Positions 37,500-50,012 of a DNA stretch of 64,000 bases are shown piece by piece (the stretch's first letter is position 1; each line of letters begins with the position of its first letter). Source of the DNA: Carcharhinus longimanus (Eukaryota); contig JASCQW010000081.1 of NCBI GenBank assembly GCA_030264375.1, positions 92,181,768 to 92,245,767 of the forward strand, written 5' to 3'. The translations under genes and the position numbers were made by a program. Below the pieces are notes generated by a model that made no database searches, had not been told where the DNA came from, and was given only the letters and a program-made list of their open reading frames with translations.

Positions 37500-38420
37500 A
37501 TTACGAATGCAAAGACGTAGACGAGCTCAGCAAGATCTGCAGAGAACAGTGAAGTCGGAACTGAAGACAGCAGAAAGGAGTTATTTGCTTCAGAATAGTC
37601 TCTGGCAGCGGTTGATTCTGGCAGCAAAAAGGGCGGTCGTATTTGGAGGCTTGTGTCGCATTCAACTGGAGAATCCGAACCAAATTTCAGAAATTAGAGT
37701 TTAAATCAGCGGCTTATGTGTCATTCTCACTGTGGAGAGCAGGGTGGAGTGCAATTTCTATGGAGCCGCGGTCTTGGAACATATGCCGTGAGAGAAATCG
37801 GTCTAATGAATTTAATGATAATGCTCTGGTCTTCATTTTTTTCAAGGAAAGGTAACCGCCAATAATAAAGCCAGAGACACGCCAGGCCCGAGATCACAGG
37901 ATCAGAGTTGAAACGCAATTCTTTAGGTGATCAGGTATCAAATTAGTTTTCAGTTTCACGCATTCGTTTTCCTTGAAATGGGACAGTAGTTTAACCATGC
38001 TAATTTTAAGGCCTAATTCGTTTAACTAATATGCTTTGCTACAAATAACAGTTGTGGGGTATTCAAAACTTTAAACTGTAATTAGTTAAATGAAAAAATA
38101 AAATTACGCGCAGCAGGCAGATGATAGATTGCAAATGTGACACTTGCGTGTTGGTGGACGCCAGTATGATCCACAGCAATCACATTTGCAGCAATTTGTC
38201 ATCGGCTTGAGGAATGTCAATTCAGGCTTGATGAACTGAAGTCTGAACTGCGGACACTGCCAAGGGAGCAAGTATTTAGGAAGGCAAATTCGAACTTGAG
38301 ATTGGGCGCAAGGAGCTAGAGTATAAAAGTTGCAAAGTACTGCTACAGTTTGACAGAAGATGATTCTGGACAGTAGAAGAATACGCTGAATTGACGAGAA
38401 CCTCGTCGCACAGCCCAAGA
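37500..38420 (+). mobile_element. CR1 5' UTR and ORF1 zinc-finger/coiled-coil remnant
   Basis: 38121-38260 reads, with one frameshift, MIDCKCDTCVLVDASMIHSNHICSN/CHRLEECQFRLDELKSELRTL: the CxxC...CxxC plus coiled-coil layout of CR1 ORF1. The 5' UTR assignment is weaker. Confidence 0.6.
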
Positions 38421-38469
38421 ATCAATAATTTGCTGTGATAAATTCGGTGTCTCTTCAACGATTTCCGAG

Positions 38470-40398
38470 GCAAATTTGGAGAGTGAGCTCCACGTCCTCT
38501 AATCAATTCTTCCTGAAGTTTCAATCAGACGCTTTCATGCCATTATGCTGAGATTTGTTGCTAGAAGGGCATTTCTGCATGAAATTTATGCATGAATGGA
38601 ATATTCTCCAGGTGAGTGCTCCGAAGGTGACCATGGTTCAAATATTGATATTATCAAGTTTGGATAAAAAACGTTATCCTTTGCAGAATTCCTCGACGCG
38701 AATGAAACTCACAGGGACGCAATTAGAGCTACAATGAGTGGCATTGTTATATATTGGTTTGAAGAGGTGGAAACGTTAACTGTTGGTTGATGCAATTTTT
38801 AACAATTGATTTTGTGGGACTGGCGGGCAAGCATTTATTGCCCGTCCTTAGTTGTCCTTGACAAAGTAGTGGGGAGCTGCCTTCTTGAATCGCTGCAGCC
38901 CACATGCGTGGGTTGACTCACAATGCCGATAGGGAGGGGATTCCTGAATTTTGAATTGCGACAGCGATGGAACAGCGATATACTTCCAAGTCAGGAAGGT
39001 GAGTGGCTTGGACGGGAACTTGCAGGCATTGGTGTTCCCATGTTTCTGCTATCCTTGCCTTTCTAGATAGACGTGGTTGTGAGTCTAGAAGGTGCTGTCT
39101 AAGGATTTTTGGTGATTTGTTGCAGTGCATCTTCCAGTTAGTACACCCTGCTGCTAACGAGCGTCGGTAGAGGAGAGATTGAACGTTTGTAGATATGGTG
39201 CCAATCAAGCGGGCTGCTTGTCCTGCATGCTGTTGAGTGTTGTTCATATACTAAAATAAAATGGTTAGACGTATGAATGGGTCAGACTATTTGGTGACTA
39301 TTTGGCAAATGGAGGGAAATGCATTGTTTTCCTGCCCATCTGATTATTTTTGCAACTGTCAACAAATAGAAAAATCCCTTGCTCTTGAAGAATGGGCACC
39401 AGTTGCACTGCAACCCAATTTCTACAGCGATACAAACGAGAAACAAAATGACAAAATGTGAATTAGGTCAGGGCATGACATAATGTACCCAATGTCAATA
39501 TTACAGGCATAGCCGAAATGTAGCAAAATTCTCCTGAAACCATTTTAGTATTATGTTGATGTCCATAAGCTCCTCGATACACCTGCACTTTTTATTTCTG
39601 CGCAAAACGAATCATGTATGATAATGATATAAATAAATGTGTCATAAATATAAATAATGAAAACTAACTTGTGGATGTACGCAGTTCTTTATTTGCTGTG
39701 AATTAAAATAAACATCAGTTAGATACATGATGTCAAACTGAAATCAACAATCAGGAATCAAACACAAAGGTTTGCAATAGATTTGAAATTTTTGAACTCC
39801 TCACCAGCTTTCAATTCGGCGATTCTCTCATCTGATACAAAAACAAAACCATCGACAATGAGTAGCAATCCTTCATATCTCAGAATAGCACTTGAACGAA
39901 AACACAAATTAATATTTCTTTTGCACTGAGCCTTTTCAAGTAATCATAATCTTGGGGGACAGCCATTCTTTATTTCATTCCCCAGAGCAATTATTTGAAA
40001 AATCATAGTCAACTTTCAGCAGAAACTGCATTTTAAATATTCCCTTGGGCAATCCCCATGGCAAAACTTTGACCAATCAGAGTCAGCTCGCTAATGAACT
40101 GATATCATACGTTACAATTACCTCAGAGATACTTGCAATTTTATCCCGAAAAGCTTTGTCTGCTTGTCTTCCTTTCAGCAATTCTCAATATCAATGTTTT
40201 AAGCAGGATATTCATTGACAGAATTGTTAGCTTGCAACTACTTAGGGCAACAGTAACTAAAACAAGACAATCAGACACCATTGAACCATTGGAGGTTGAA
40301 GTCAAGCAGCTGTATGATTCTTTTGACGAATACAATGGAAACCGTGACCTAGCAGCTCGGAACTGTGCCCATGAAGGTCATACCATCGCTCGGAATTC
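38470..40398 (-). pseudogene. NLR unit F: FISNA-NACHT exon, the best-preserved motif set; HD2 end probably near 37270
   Basis: IRQKNH; CKLTILS (cf. AELTVIS); ELLKGRQ (cf. ELLARGRD); KIMIT*KGSVQKKY*FVFSFK at 39891-39950; Walker B EGLLLIVDGF at 39845-39874; ISNLLQ..LLIS; ILKWFQENFATFRLC (cf. VFKHVEENEILYTMS); NSAKDNVFYPNLII (cf. DSARSVVYTFPHLTI); LSNLFEQS near 37270. Confidence 0.78.
38810..39245 (-). mobile_element. Shark L2/CR1-clade LINE 3' end inserted in the unit F NACHT exon
   Basis: QAARLIGTISTNVQSLLYRRSLAAGCTNWKMHC RT C-terminal motif. Confidence 0.8.
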
Positions 40399-40699
40399 CT
40401 GAAACAAGCGACTGACTTTGGGTAATGGTAAATAACTATTTCCACCACAGCACAAAGCTTCACAGTGTTATGATTAAAAAAAATGTTTGGTGAAATGTAA
40501 TTTTCACATCAAACTAAAAACGTGGAAGTGGACATAGAATGTATGGGTGGAAGAAAATGTGGAACAGATTTCCTTTTAGTGTCTCTATAGTTTTAGGCAT
40601 GCATGAGCAATAGTGAATGTTTGAGGATCAGTTGCTGCAAGGACCACTCTCTCAACCTGCTCTATATTTTCCGCCCTTTTATCAATTTGCCACATTGCC

Positions 40700-41000
40700 G
40701 ATCGGCATTGAACTGGATGGGATGTCGGCTCCTACAATACAATGTCTGCAGCTCCTGTACATTTTCCAACATCATCAAGCATAAACTGGCATCAAGCAAG
40801 TATCCCTTGTAATAGATGGAAGAAAAGATGGCCCCATCGAAACAATCACTTTGCACCAAAATCAAATGTTTCATACTTTATGTTGGTCTGTGAATCCACA
40901 TGCCAGAATGAATCGAGTTCTCCTTAAAGACTCGAACCATGGATTTAATTTGATTGTTTATTTCTACTATATTGCTTCTAAATTGGTGCAAAATTAATCT
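40700..41000 (-). pseudogene. NLR unit F: second CARD-like exon remnant
   Basis: ILHQFRSNIVEINNQIKSMVRVFKENSIHSG (cf. LTKFYRDRLEQAIEEGVEGLSLMLTDEGHFSG), then IFSSIYYKG...VQELQTL (cf. LLDLVMEKG...VPKL). Confidence 0.45.
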
Positions 41001-41771
41001 AACACGTGGAGAGAAACATTTTCCTTTCAGTGTTTTGTCAATGTAAGCATCTTCGAAATATTCCCTCAGTGAGGAAAACTCATCGAGTTTCACTTTCTTG
41101 AAATGTATTTCTATAGCGCCAGCATAATTGACTTCAGAATTCGAAAACATCCATTGTTGCTCGTTATTAAAATTGCTGGATGGAATTTTAATTTTAACAT
41201 GATGTTACCCAGAAAATCATGGTGTGCATAAGGGATGGTCAAATAAACAAATTCAGTTTTCAAATCCGTTATACATAACATGCAAGAACAGTGGATGGTT
41301 TGAATATGGAATTTTCCTGTTGTAAAAAAAACTGGTTTGGGGCATTTATTTTGCTTCATATTCTGATGCCATTTCCCACTTACTAATGTCCAATTAACGG
41401 ATTTACCTTACTGCATCCAGGTTATTGGGAAAATTGTATGAATATTTAGAATGGAGAATGACTTTACGTATGAGCATAATTTTATAAGCAATTTCACTGT
41501 TCTGCTAAATTCATTTGTAGATGTTTCTACATTTTTAATCAATTCTGGTATTACGTGTTAACCAAACGAATTGATTGATTATGTAAACTTAGTGCTATTT
41601 CTTAGTAGGCAATACTCACTGTCGGATTTGCACTTCGCATCCAGCTCTAAAGTGAAAGATATGTAAATTTGAATTGGAATATTGTTCATGTAAAGCCATT
41701 CAAACATGCACTGAACGCTCCGAANNNAACAGCATCTATGTAATGGAAGAATATTTTGACAGCGCATTTAC

Positions 41772-41798
41772 CTTTCTCTTTTCGACTCAAAAGTATTT
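41772..41798 (-). CDS. Candidate 27-nt phase 1-1 microexon (E)ILLSRKEK, unit F
   Basis: gtgtttgttgcag|AAATACTTTTGAGTCGAAAAGAGAAAG|gtaaat. Confidence 0.45.
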
Positions 41799-42010
41799 CT
41801 GCAACAAACACAGACACATTACTATTTAAGACATATGATAAAATGTTTTTACTTCCGTATCGTCCAGATAATGTGGAGTGAAGCTGTCAGATAATGCAAA
41901 AAATGCAAAGCCGCATTATGACGTATCCTGATTCTGTCGATTTAATGGAAAAATAAATTGTATACAATGATTGAATTAATATTGTTCCACAATATGCAAA
42001 GTGCTGCATA

Positions 42011-42302
42011 GCGGCGCAGTGGTTAGTACTGCCTCTCACAGCACCAGGGACCCGGGTTCAATTCCTGGCTTGGGTCACTGCCTGTGTGGAGTTTGCACGT
42101 TCTCCTCGCGTCTGTGTGGGTTTCCTCCGGGTGCTCCGGTTTCCTCCCACAGTCCGAAGATGTACTGGTTAGGTGCATTAGCCATGTTAAATTCTCCCTC
42201 AGTGTGCCCGAACAGGCGTCGGTGTTTGGCGACTAGCGGATTTTCACAGTAATTTCATTGCAAGTTAATGTAAGTCTACTTGTGACAATAATAAAATAAA
42301 CG
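42011..42302 (+). mobile_element. Near-complete HE1-like SINE
   Basis: gcggcgcagtggttagtactgcctctcacagcaccagggacccgggttcaattcc (tRNA-like A/B boxes), V-SINE core, aataaaataaa end. Confidence 0.93.
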
Positions 42303-42369
42303 TTAAGTGGCGAATAGGCAGAAGTTAAACTCATTGCTTCGAAACTTCATGTTGTGATCTTTTGAGGTC

Positions 42370-42763
42370 CCCTTTCTTGGATTGTGGCAGGAAGTATGTC
42401 AGCTTCGAAAATTAAGTTCCGTATATGGACCTTCAGTAGTCACTAACCAAAATAATCTCCGAGCGTTGCGTGATCAAGAGTGTGAAAGTCATGCAATCTT
42501 CGTGGAGCTCTTCATGTTTTATGAGGCAAAATCAACTATTGGACCATTGGACTCTATTAAAATATTGTCAAAATTTCATCTTTGCACATACTGCGTAAAT
42601 AACTCAGACATTGCTGAAAATGAAGCATGTCGCCGAATATTGCCATATTTCATTAAGGCCCATTTAATGAAGCCAAATGCTATACGCTGAAGGAAGCTCG
42701 TTTTGTACGAGAAAGGGTATTGATTGTCAAGTCGGCTCTGCTTTGGCAGCCGTCATATCTGAG
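42370..42763 (-). pseudogene. NLR unit F: first CARD-like exon remnant
   Basis: Acceptor aatattttcag; SRNARRLFW (cf. GSRARRVMW) and EADILPATIQERG (cf. KLDKILKEIQELG). Confidence 0.6.
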
Positions 42764-43445
42764 CTGAAAATATTTGGTCTGCCGCAGATATCTTTGGGTN
42801 NNNNNNNNNGGGGGTGTGGAGGGTGTGGGGGGGGGGGGGGCTGGCACAGTACGTCAAAAGAAAATTGAACAATAATTTAAACAAGCTGTTTCACATTTCG
42901 ACCACGAATTTTTTTACGCGAGTGGTATTGTCCATTAGCAGGATGCGCCCGTCAGTCCAAAACGATGTTTTTGAGCAGTATGTTGCACAACCTACAGTTC
43001 CAATGTGGATCCGCGTAGCGAGGCATAGGCCACACAAAATGCTGAATGTAATGTGCAGAGTGCAGGCCCCACTCACCCGACACGTCCTTACATAATCAAA
43101 ATATAGTATCCATTCTTGCATATCCTTGCAATTCACCAGCACATGCGGAAAAAAAATTCTATGTACACTCATAGTTTCACTAACAACTTATTTCAGATTA
43201 TCTGCTTTGTTATCCCCGGACATTTTTTTGTTAAGGATACATTGCACTTAATGTTTTACAGTCACCTGTTGTTTGAAGAATTCTGCTTAACTCCTTTAGT
43301 TCTGGAATGGACATGAATATGGTTTGAGCTGACTAACATGATCAATTTCTATCTGTTGAAAAGATGTATTACCAGTCTTGTCACTCACCTGGAATTTCTG
43401 AAGTTAATGTTTTTGTTTGGCCAGCAGTTATCTTGCTAATCTTAC

Positions 43446-43460
43446 CTTGAGAATCCAGAA
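43446..43460 (-). CDS. Candidate 15-nt phase 1-1 microexon (V)LDSQ
   Basis: cattacag|TTCTGGATTCTCAAG|gtaaga; the acceptor tract is weak. Confidence 0.3.
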
Positions 43461-44414
43461 CTGTAATGTGTCCAAGACGGTTGATCGTAAAGGCGTACAG
43501 TAAGAAGTTTGTTAACAATAGAGAGAGGTATTATTGGGCATGTATTCGATTGTGTACAAATGTAATTGGTGACCGTTCGTCCCGTCAGGCTTCTCGGCTG
43601 TCGGGTGGGAGGAAGGCAGTTTGCCAGAGGTTTGTTGCTGGGAAGGGGGCGCGGTGGAGAATCGGGGTGGAGATAACCGGGCGGAATGGGGTGTGTTGGT
43701 GAGGGACGGTGGTGGATATTATCTTTGCTGGTCAGGTCTGTCGTATTTTGCATGTGGAGGGCTGGAGGGATTGGTCAAAGGGAGAGTTGTCAAGGCCCCT
43801 GCCCGAGTTAATTCGGAAATTGGAGTTCAGTTGAGGTACCCTGGATAATTGCCGAGTTACAGCTGGTGTTATTCAATGTGCCACCACCTGTGTAAAAATC
43901 TGTCAAATCTCGTATTTTTGCCAACGCCGGTGTGTTCTTCAGTTCCTCCAGGGGGTCCCGGCATGGCGTTGTAGCAATCCGTTTACTGGAAAGATTGGGA
44001 GAATTACTCACATCATAGCCGGTTTATAAAAGAATAATTGCATCAGTACCTGTTTGCACAGATATTCTGTGTCATACGCTAATATAATTCTTTTAAATTG
44101 GAACAATGTCGGGAAAAGATGCACCACTGTGGGGAAGGGAAGACGCTCGTCTAGGCTTCAGCCCACACATTTCGTATTCACTTTTGTTCTGCGAACTTTG
44201 CAAAGGACCTACGACTTGGACGAGCTGGAGAAGCAATAGGATGTGTTTATAACAAATCGCTCAGAATAACCCTTACAGAGCAAGACAGACTAAATGCACA
44301 AACGTGTTAGAATATTTAAGATAAAGGTTTAACTACATACCGATGACAGAATTGGACGGCAAACAAGGATTGAATTAAAATATAGGTCTTTTTTAAAAAT
44401 CCTGCGACGGAGTC

Positions 44415-44990
44415 TCAGCATTTTTGGCAAGGCCAAAATTTGTTGCTGATTCGTATCTGTCATTGAATTTATTGACCTGCTAGGCCATTTCAGAGGGCAG
44501 TCAGAAGTGCTGTGTTTCTGGAATCACATGCAGGACAGAGAAGGACGCCAAATTTCCTTCCCCAAGGGGCATCAATGAAATAGGCAAGTCTGTACAACAA
44601 TAGATTATAATTTCGTGGCCATGATTACTCAGCCTAGATTGCAATTCCAGATTTTAGTTATTTAGTAATTGCAGTGGTGGGGCTTGAAGCCATGCTCCTT
44701 GCACATTAAGCTGTCTCTTTGGGAGATTAACGCAGTGACATCTCCACTGCACCATCATCTTTCCAAAATCAAAACAAAGTAAAAATTCAACTTCAAGTCC
44801 AAAGATGTGAGGGTTAGGTTGATTGGTCATGCTAAGAAATTGCCCCTTAGTGCCCAGGGATGTGTAAATTAGAGGGATTAGTGTGTATAATATGTAGGGA
44901 TATAGGGGTAGGGCCTAGGTGGGATTGTGTTCAGTGCAGACTCGATGGACCGAAGGGCCTCTTTCTGCACTATAGGGTTCTATGATGATT
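44415..44990. mobile_element. DeuSINE-like element (minus, about 44415-44760) and HE1 3' part (plus, about 44795-44990)
   Basis: gctaggccatttcagagggcagtcagaag core, reverse-matching 51118-51405; agtccaaagatgtgagggttaggttgattgg...gactcgatggaccgaa HE1 tail. Confidence 0.75.
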
Positions 44991-45879
44991 ATCTTTAATA
45001 TAGCACAATAAAATAATATCTGCTGAATAGGCGTCCAGTCACATGAATATGAATTACTAGTGCCAGAACAGGTCAGATATTTTTCCTACGTACTGTGATT
45101 TTGCAGGACGTTAGTGTCGATACCTGTAGTTGAATGGACATATGCTAACTTACACAGTACTTTTTTGTGTTCATCTTGTTTGTACGAGGTATAAATTAAA
45201 TTTAAGCACGTTGAAGATGGAACAAATCACGTCAGCTTCTTGGTTTCCATACTCAAAGGCACCTTTCGTGATTCAGATTTCTGTGTCAAAGCAATCCAGA
45301 AAGCCATATCCTCATTACCAGCATTGCAGCATAAACTGTTCCAAATTCAGTATTTTGTATTGTAGCAAAACACAACAGCAGGAATTGTCCCAGGGTGTTG
45401 ATGCTACAGGGAATAGAGACGTTTAATTCTTGCCGATAAAAGCGCATCATATTTAAATAGAGGGTAAATACTTCATTAAGTTAACAAAAGCATATGATGA
45501 GATACATTGACTTTCCAAACGGATATTTTACGAATACCTAGAGCTATTTGAATGGATCTAGGCCAGCAGTTTTATGGTCGTTGATCAAAACACTATGAGC
45601 AAACGATCCCTGTTTGAGATTTGCTCTGCAATAGCCTAGTGTCTCTGCTATGGCCAGAACATTAAATTAGGACGTGGTAGAATATTTGCAACACAGCAGC
45701 CATATTTACCACACTTTGGGTTTTCACATAGTGACCCTAAATTAGACTTTACCTTTTTTTCATCTAAACTTACCTTAGCACTTAATATCTGCTCCTCCAG
45801 TATTTTCTCTTTCTCTCCACAAATTCTGTGCACCACTCTATTCCTCTATGATATTGACTCCTGGCTCTCATAATCTTCT

Positions 45880-45997
45880 AAGAAGTCTCACAACACCAGG
45901 TTAAAGTCCAACAGATTTATCTGGTAGCAAAAGCCACCAAAAGCTGATGTGAGACTTTTTACTGTGTCACCCCAGTCCATCGGCATCTGCACATCAT
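45880..45997. mobile_element. Penelope-derived short element
   Basis: aagaagtctcacaacaccaggttaaagtccaacagatttat...gtgagactttttactgtg. Confidence 0.7.
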
Positions 45998-46865
45998 CTC
46001 AGAACGCTGCCCAGTTAGTTGAAAACTTCGCAAAAAATTCTAACAAATCTACCCAGAAATTAATCAACCCTGACTCCGGATAGTTTGAACCCATGCAGTG
46101 GTCCAGGTTCAATCTCATAACTGCATCAGTATCTCCCAATTTTTCTGAAATCCTTTCTCGCGGCTGTTGGCCTTTGCTGCACTACAATAATTAATTCAGA
46201 ACAATTTATCGTGCAAGGCTGGTTGTCTGGATATCGCTCCTCCCTGTGGGTTACTTTGACGTAGATATCTTTATCATAACGCTACCTTCGCATATGGAAA
46301 CCAAAAGGCTGATGTCGTTTGCTCCATTCTTCAATAGGCTTAAATGTAACTTATGTCATCGTCATCCTATAGTCAAAAGCAATCAACTAAACCTGATTTC
46401 ATTTTCTATGAATAACAATGATTCCGATGGAGTCACAATTATGAAATCCCGTTTGTTTAGGATCGAGAGAATCATTTGTCAAAACCGTCACAAATAATAG
46501 CGTGATTAAGCACCCATTTAATCCTAAATTCACATGTTTATGAAGGAAGCCATTCAGTCGTCCAACTTTACACTTTTTGATTTCGGTGCCTGTTCTATTG
46601 GAAAGGATGCAGCGGAGGATCGTGTGGAAAAACAAGCTATGTCTGACCACAACTGATTCTTTCGTGGATGGCAGCAATTGCTGAAGAAGTCATATTGAAC
46701 TCGAAACTTCAGCATTGCTTTTTTCGTCGCAGCTGCTGTCACATCTGCGGAATATCTCCAGCACTTTTTAATCCAGAATTTGCTGTTATATTTGCTGTGT
46801 AATAACTTCAGTTCAGAGAGGTTCACAGCTTTGTTTTAAATAAAAAAAACGAAGAAGATTCCTAC

Positions 46866-46892
46866 CAAATTCTTTCGATTCTAATTCTAATT
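46866..46892 (-). CDS. Candidate 27-nt phase 1-1 microexon (E)LELESKEF, unit G
   Basis: ccttttatttcag|AATTAGAATTAGAATCGAAAGAATTTG|gtagga. Confidence 0.42.
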
Positions 46893-47502
46893 CTGAAATA
46901 AAAGGCGGCAAGAATAGTCATAAGGTATTTTTAAAGCTGATGAATCATCATTTGTACCCCACATTCTAATTGATATATTTATATATTGCCTCTGCATTGC
47001 ATCGAATTTCTACTTTCTTAGTCTTAATGGAAGAGAACGTCAACTCAATTTGTATCTTCGGTGTTGCCAAAGGCATGGTGCTACTGGTAAAGGAATTCCG
47101 TCATTACACGTTTTATTTTTTCCTCGAGTTGTTGCATTAATTTCTCTCTATTCCATTGAGGTTATCCTTACGAACAGCCAATGGATGTCACCGCTGATCG
47201 TAAGAATATTTATTTTGAAGAAGCGTTTCCATTTCTAGACCAAAATACAAACAATACATAATAGGTAGTGGTCGTTTAGTCATCTACTGAGATTAACACT
47301 TGAATGCCTTACATGAAGCAATGTATTAAATGAAAATTGATTAATTTTTAAACTGAAACACCGGAGAGCTATTTGTCTCTCTGCTTTTCAGAAGCTGAAA
47401 CATTGGATAAGTATTGCATCTTCAATTGGAAACAGTCTTTTAAAATCTCAAACATAAGCTAAAATGCTAACAGAACATGTCTTTGAAAATGGGAATACTT
47501 AC

Positions 47503-47511
47503 ATTGGACCA
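47503..47511 (-). CDS. Candidate 9-nt microexon
   Basis: gtttctcccatgttcag|TGGTCCAAT|gtaagt. Joined directly to 46892 it would create TAA. Confidence 0.25.
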
Positions 47512-48517
47512 CTGAACATGGGAGAAACGTATCCTTGTGGAACTAAGTTTCTAAGATGGTCTTTAATGTTCAGATGTGATTTGCTTGCTCCTCCTGCAGA
47601 TTGCGAAACTTATGTTCGCTTTCAACATTGTACTCAATGAAACACATGCATCGTATCAACACAAAAATAATTCTGTCTAGAGTGATGAGATTAATTAAAT
47701 ATCAGACAATCAGTGGAGAATTGCTGAAGTTGAGAAACTCGACTGATGCTTTCTCCGTTTGGAGAAAATAGCATGAAAACCGGATAAGTCCTGGAATATT
47801 TGCACTAAACTACTCCAAGATAATTGAAGCTTCCAATATCACAGTACAGGTTTCACAAACATCCCACCAAACATGTTAACAGATGTCTTCATTAAAATTC
47901 TATCACAGTTCATGCAGTGCCAAACGGTTTGTAAAGATAAACCGGCGATATGATCGTCTGGATGGATATATATATCTGTGATGTGTTGATATATATATAT
48001 ACATACATATGTATATATATAAAAATGACAGGGAAATGCATGCTTTGCATAAAACATACAAAATAGTAGAGAGAAAAAAACCAAAAGAAAACATTGAACA
48101 TAGTAGAGAGGAAAAGTTACTCTTTCCACCATTGGGAACCATGTTAACATTGCAGATATATACTGATTCATAGTATAAACCAATTACTTAAATAGCTAAT
48201 AAGAAAAATAATTTAGAAATGATTTTTAAAAAGATATTATGATCAATGAAGGAAAGTCATATCGCATTAAAATCAATTTAATATGATGACGAGGAACAAA
48301 ACTATTCGATGCAAAAGCAACAAAATGAATCGGGAGGATTGACGCAGCAGGGAACCCTAATAGTAAAGACGGAAGGAATTACATACAAAAGCTAAAAATC
48401 TGTAACAAATTTTGATATATTCTATGTATTCCAATGGCTCCGTAAAAAAGAAATTGGTGTTATTTGAAGTGAAATGATTTGAAGACACATATATGACGTA
48501 TTTGCACTTTTACATAC

Positions 48518-48544
48518 TTGCGTCTCTCATGGCTTTCTGGTATT
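48518..48544 (-). CDS. Candidate 27-nt phase 1-1 microexon (E)YQKAMRDA, unit G
   Basis: aatttatttcag|AATACCAGAAAGCCATGAGAGACGCAA|gtatgt. Confidence 0.42.
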
Positions 48545-48574
48545 CTGAAATAAATTAAGTATATTTGAACCATC

Positions 48575-50012
48575 AATAACCACGGGTGAAGTACCTGAAG
48601 AGTGGAGGGTGGCAAATATTGTGCCTTTGTTTAGAAAGGACTGCAGGGAAGAGCCTGGGAATTACAGGCCAATGAGCCTCACATCTGTGGTGAGCAAGTT
48701 GTTGGAAGGTATTTTGAGAGACAGGATCAACAGGCATTTAGAGACGCAAGGACTGATTAGGGACAGTCAGCANNNNNNNNNNNNNNNNNNNNNNNNNNNN
48801 NNNNNNNNNNNNNNNNNNNNNNNNNNNNNNNNNNNNNNNNNNNNNNNNNNNNNNNNNNNNNNNNNNNNNNNNNNNNNNNNNNNNNNNNNNNNNNNNNNNN
48901 NNNNNNNNNNNNNNNNNNNNNNNNNNNNNNNNNNNNNNNNNNNNNNNNNNNNNNNNNNNNNNNNNNNNNNNNNNNNNNNNNNNNNNNNNNNNNNNNNNNN
49001 NNNNNNNNNNNNNNNNNNNNNNNNNNNNNNNNNNNNNNNNNNNNNNNNNNNNNNNNNNNNNNNNNNNNNNNNNNNNNNNNNNNNNNNNNNNNNNNNNNNN
49101 NNNNNNNNNNNNNNNNNNNNNNNNNNNNNNNNNNNNNNNNNNNNNNNNNNNNNNNNNNNNNNNNNNNNNNNNNNNNNNNNNNNNNNNNNNNNNNNNNNNN
49201 NNNNNNNNNNNNNNNNNNNNNNNNNNNNNNNNNNNNNNNNNNNNNNNNNCAGGACTCACTCAGTTAATGGCAGGACGTTGGGGAGCGCTACAGAACAAAG
49301 AGTTCTAGGGTAGCTCATTGAAAGTGGAGTCACAGTTGGAGAGAATGGTGAAGAAAACATTCAGCATGCTTGGTTTTAACGCTCTGAACATTGAATACAG
49401 GAGTTGGGACTTCTTGTTGAAATTATACAAGACACTGGTAAGGCCACACTTGGAGTACAGTCTAAGGGTCTGGTCACCCGATTATAGAAAGGGTATTATT
49501 AAACTAGAAGGAGTGCAGAAGAGATTTACTAGGATGCTTTCGGGACTTGATGGTATGAGTTATAAGGAGAGGCTGGAAAGATGGGACTTTTTTCTCTGGA
49601 GCATAGAAGGTTAAGGGGTGATCTTATAGAAGTCGATAAAATATTGAGGGGCATAGGTTAGCTATATAGTAAATACATTTTCCCAAAGGTATGGGAGTCT
49701 AAAACTGGAGGGCATAAGTTTAAAGTGAGAAGGAAGAGATACAAAATTATCCAGAGGGGCCAGTTTTTTAATGCAGAGAATGATGAGTGTCTGGAAGAAT
49801 CTGCCAGAGGTAGTAGTAGAGGTGGTTACAATTTTGTCCTTAAAAAAAAATTTAGACAGTTACATGGGTAAGATGGCTTTAGAGGGATATGAGCCAAATG
49901 CGGGCAATTGGGATAAGCCTAGGGGTTTAAAAATGAGATAAAGGGCGGCATGGACAAGTTGAGCCGAAGGGCCTGTTTCCATGCTGTAAATCTGGATGAC
50001 TCTATGGCTCTG
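48575..50012 (+). mobile_element. 5'-truncated CR1 LINE (RT and tail, gap inside)
   Basis: EEWRVANIVPLFRK..PGNYRPMSLTSVVSKLLE; LVRPHLEY; gactctatggctct tail. Confidence 0.95.

Larger units (their letters stand above)
43840..46350 (-). pseudogene. NLR unit G: decayed FISNA-NACHT exon interrupted by SINEs and a Penelope piece
   Basis: CSELIIV (cf. YAELTVI); LSGVR...FAKFSTNWAA (Walker A and DWA region); KILEEQIL...LGSLCENPK (cf. INLRELIL...LREVWKNPE); NLKQGSFAHSVLINDHKTA (cf. SLIQHKLLPGCSVLVTTRPTA); VVHLFPTLFQF at 44095-44127; RDPLEEL (cf. RGLEEF). Confidence 0.7.

Noticed and set aside
37387-37552. Possible plus-strand exon pair (LLIAILPHFYSS / IRDLVTVFLSKNYECK...)
   Set aside because: The intron is only about 42 nt, it overlaps the CR1 5' remnant, and no supporting exons exist.
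38104-38418. Cysteine-rich minus-strand ORF (toxin- or metallothionein-like)
   Set aside because: It is the antisense of a CR1 ORF1 zinc-finger remnant on the plus strand.
42011-42075. tRNA-like sequence with A/B boxes
   Set aside because: It is the head of an HE1 SINE, not a tRNA gene.
45774-45836. Strong donor AAG|gtaagt, and an LRR-like KVKSNLGSLCENPKC nearby
   Set aside because: The 15-nt exon has a stop in phase 1. The segment is collinear with NACHT LRELIL...VWKNPE in unit G, so it is not counted as a microexon or LRR.
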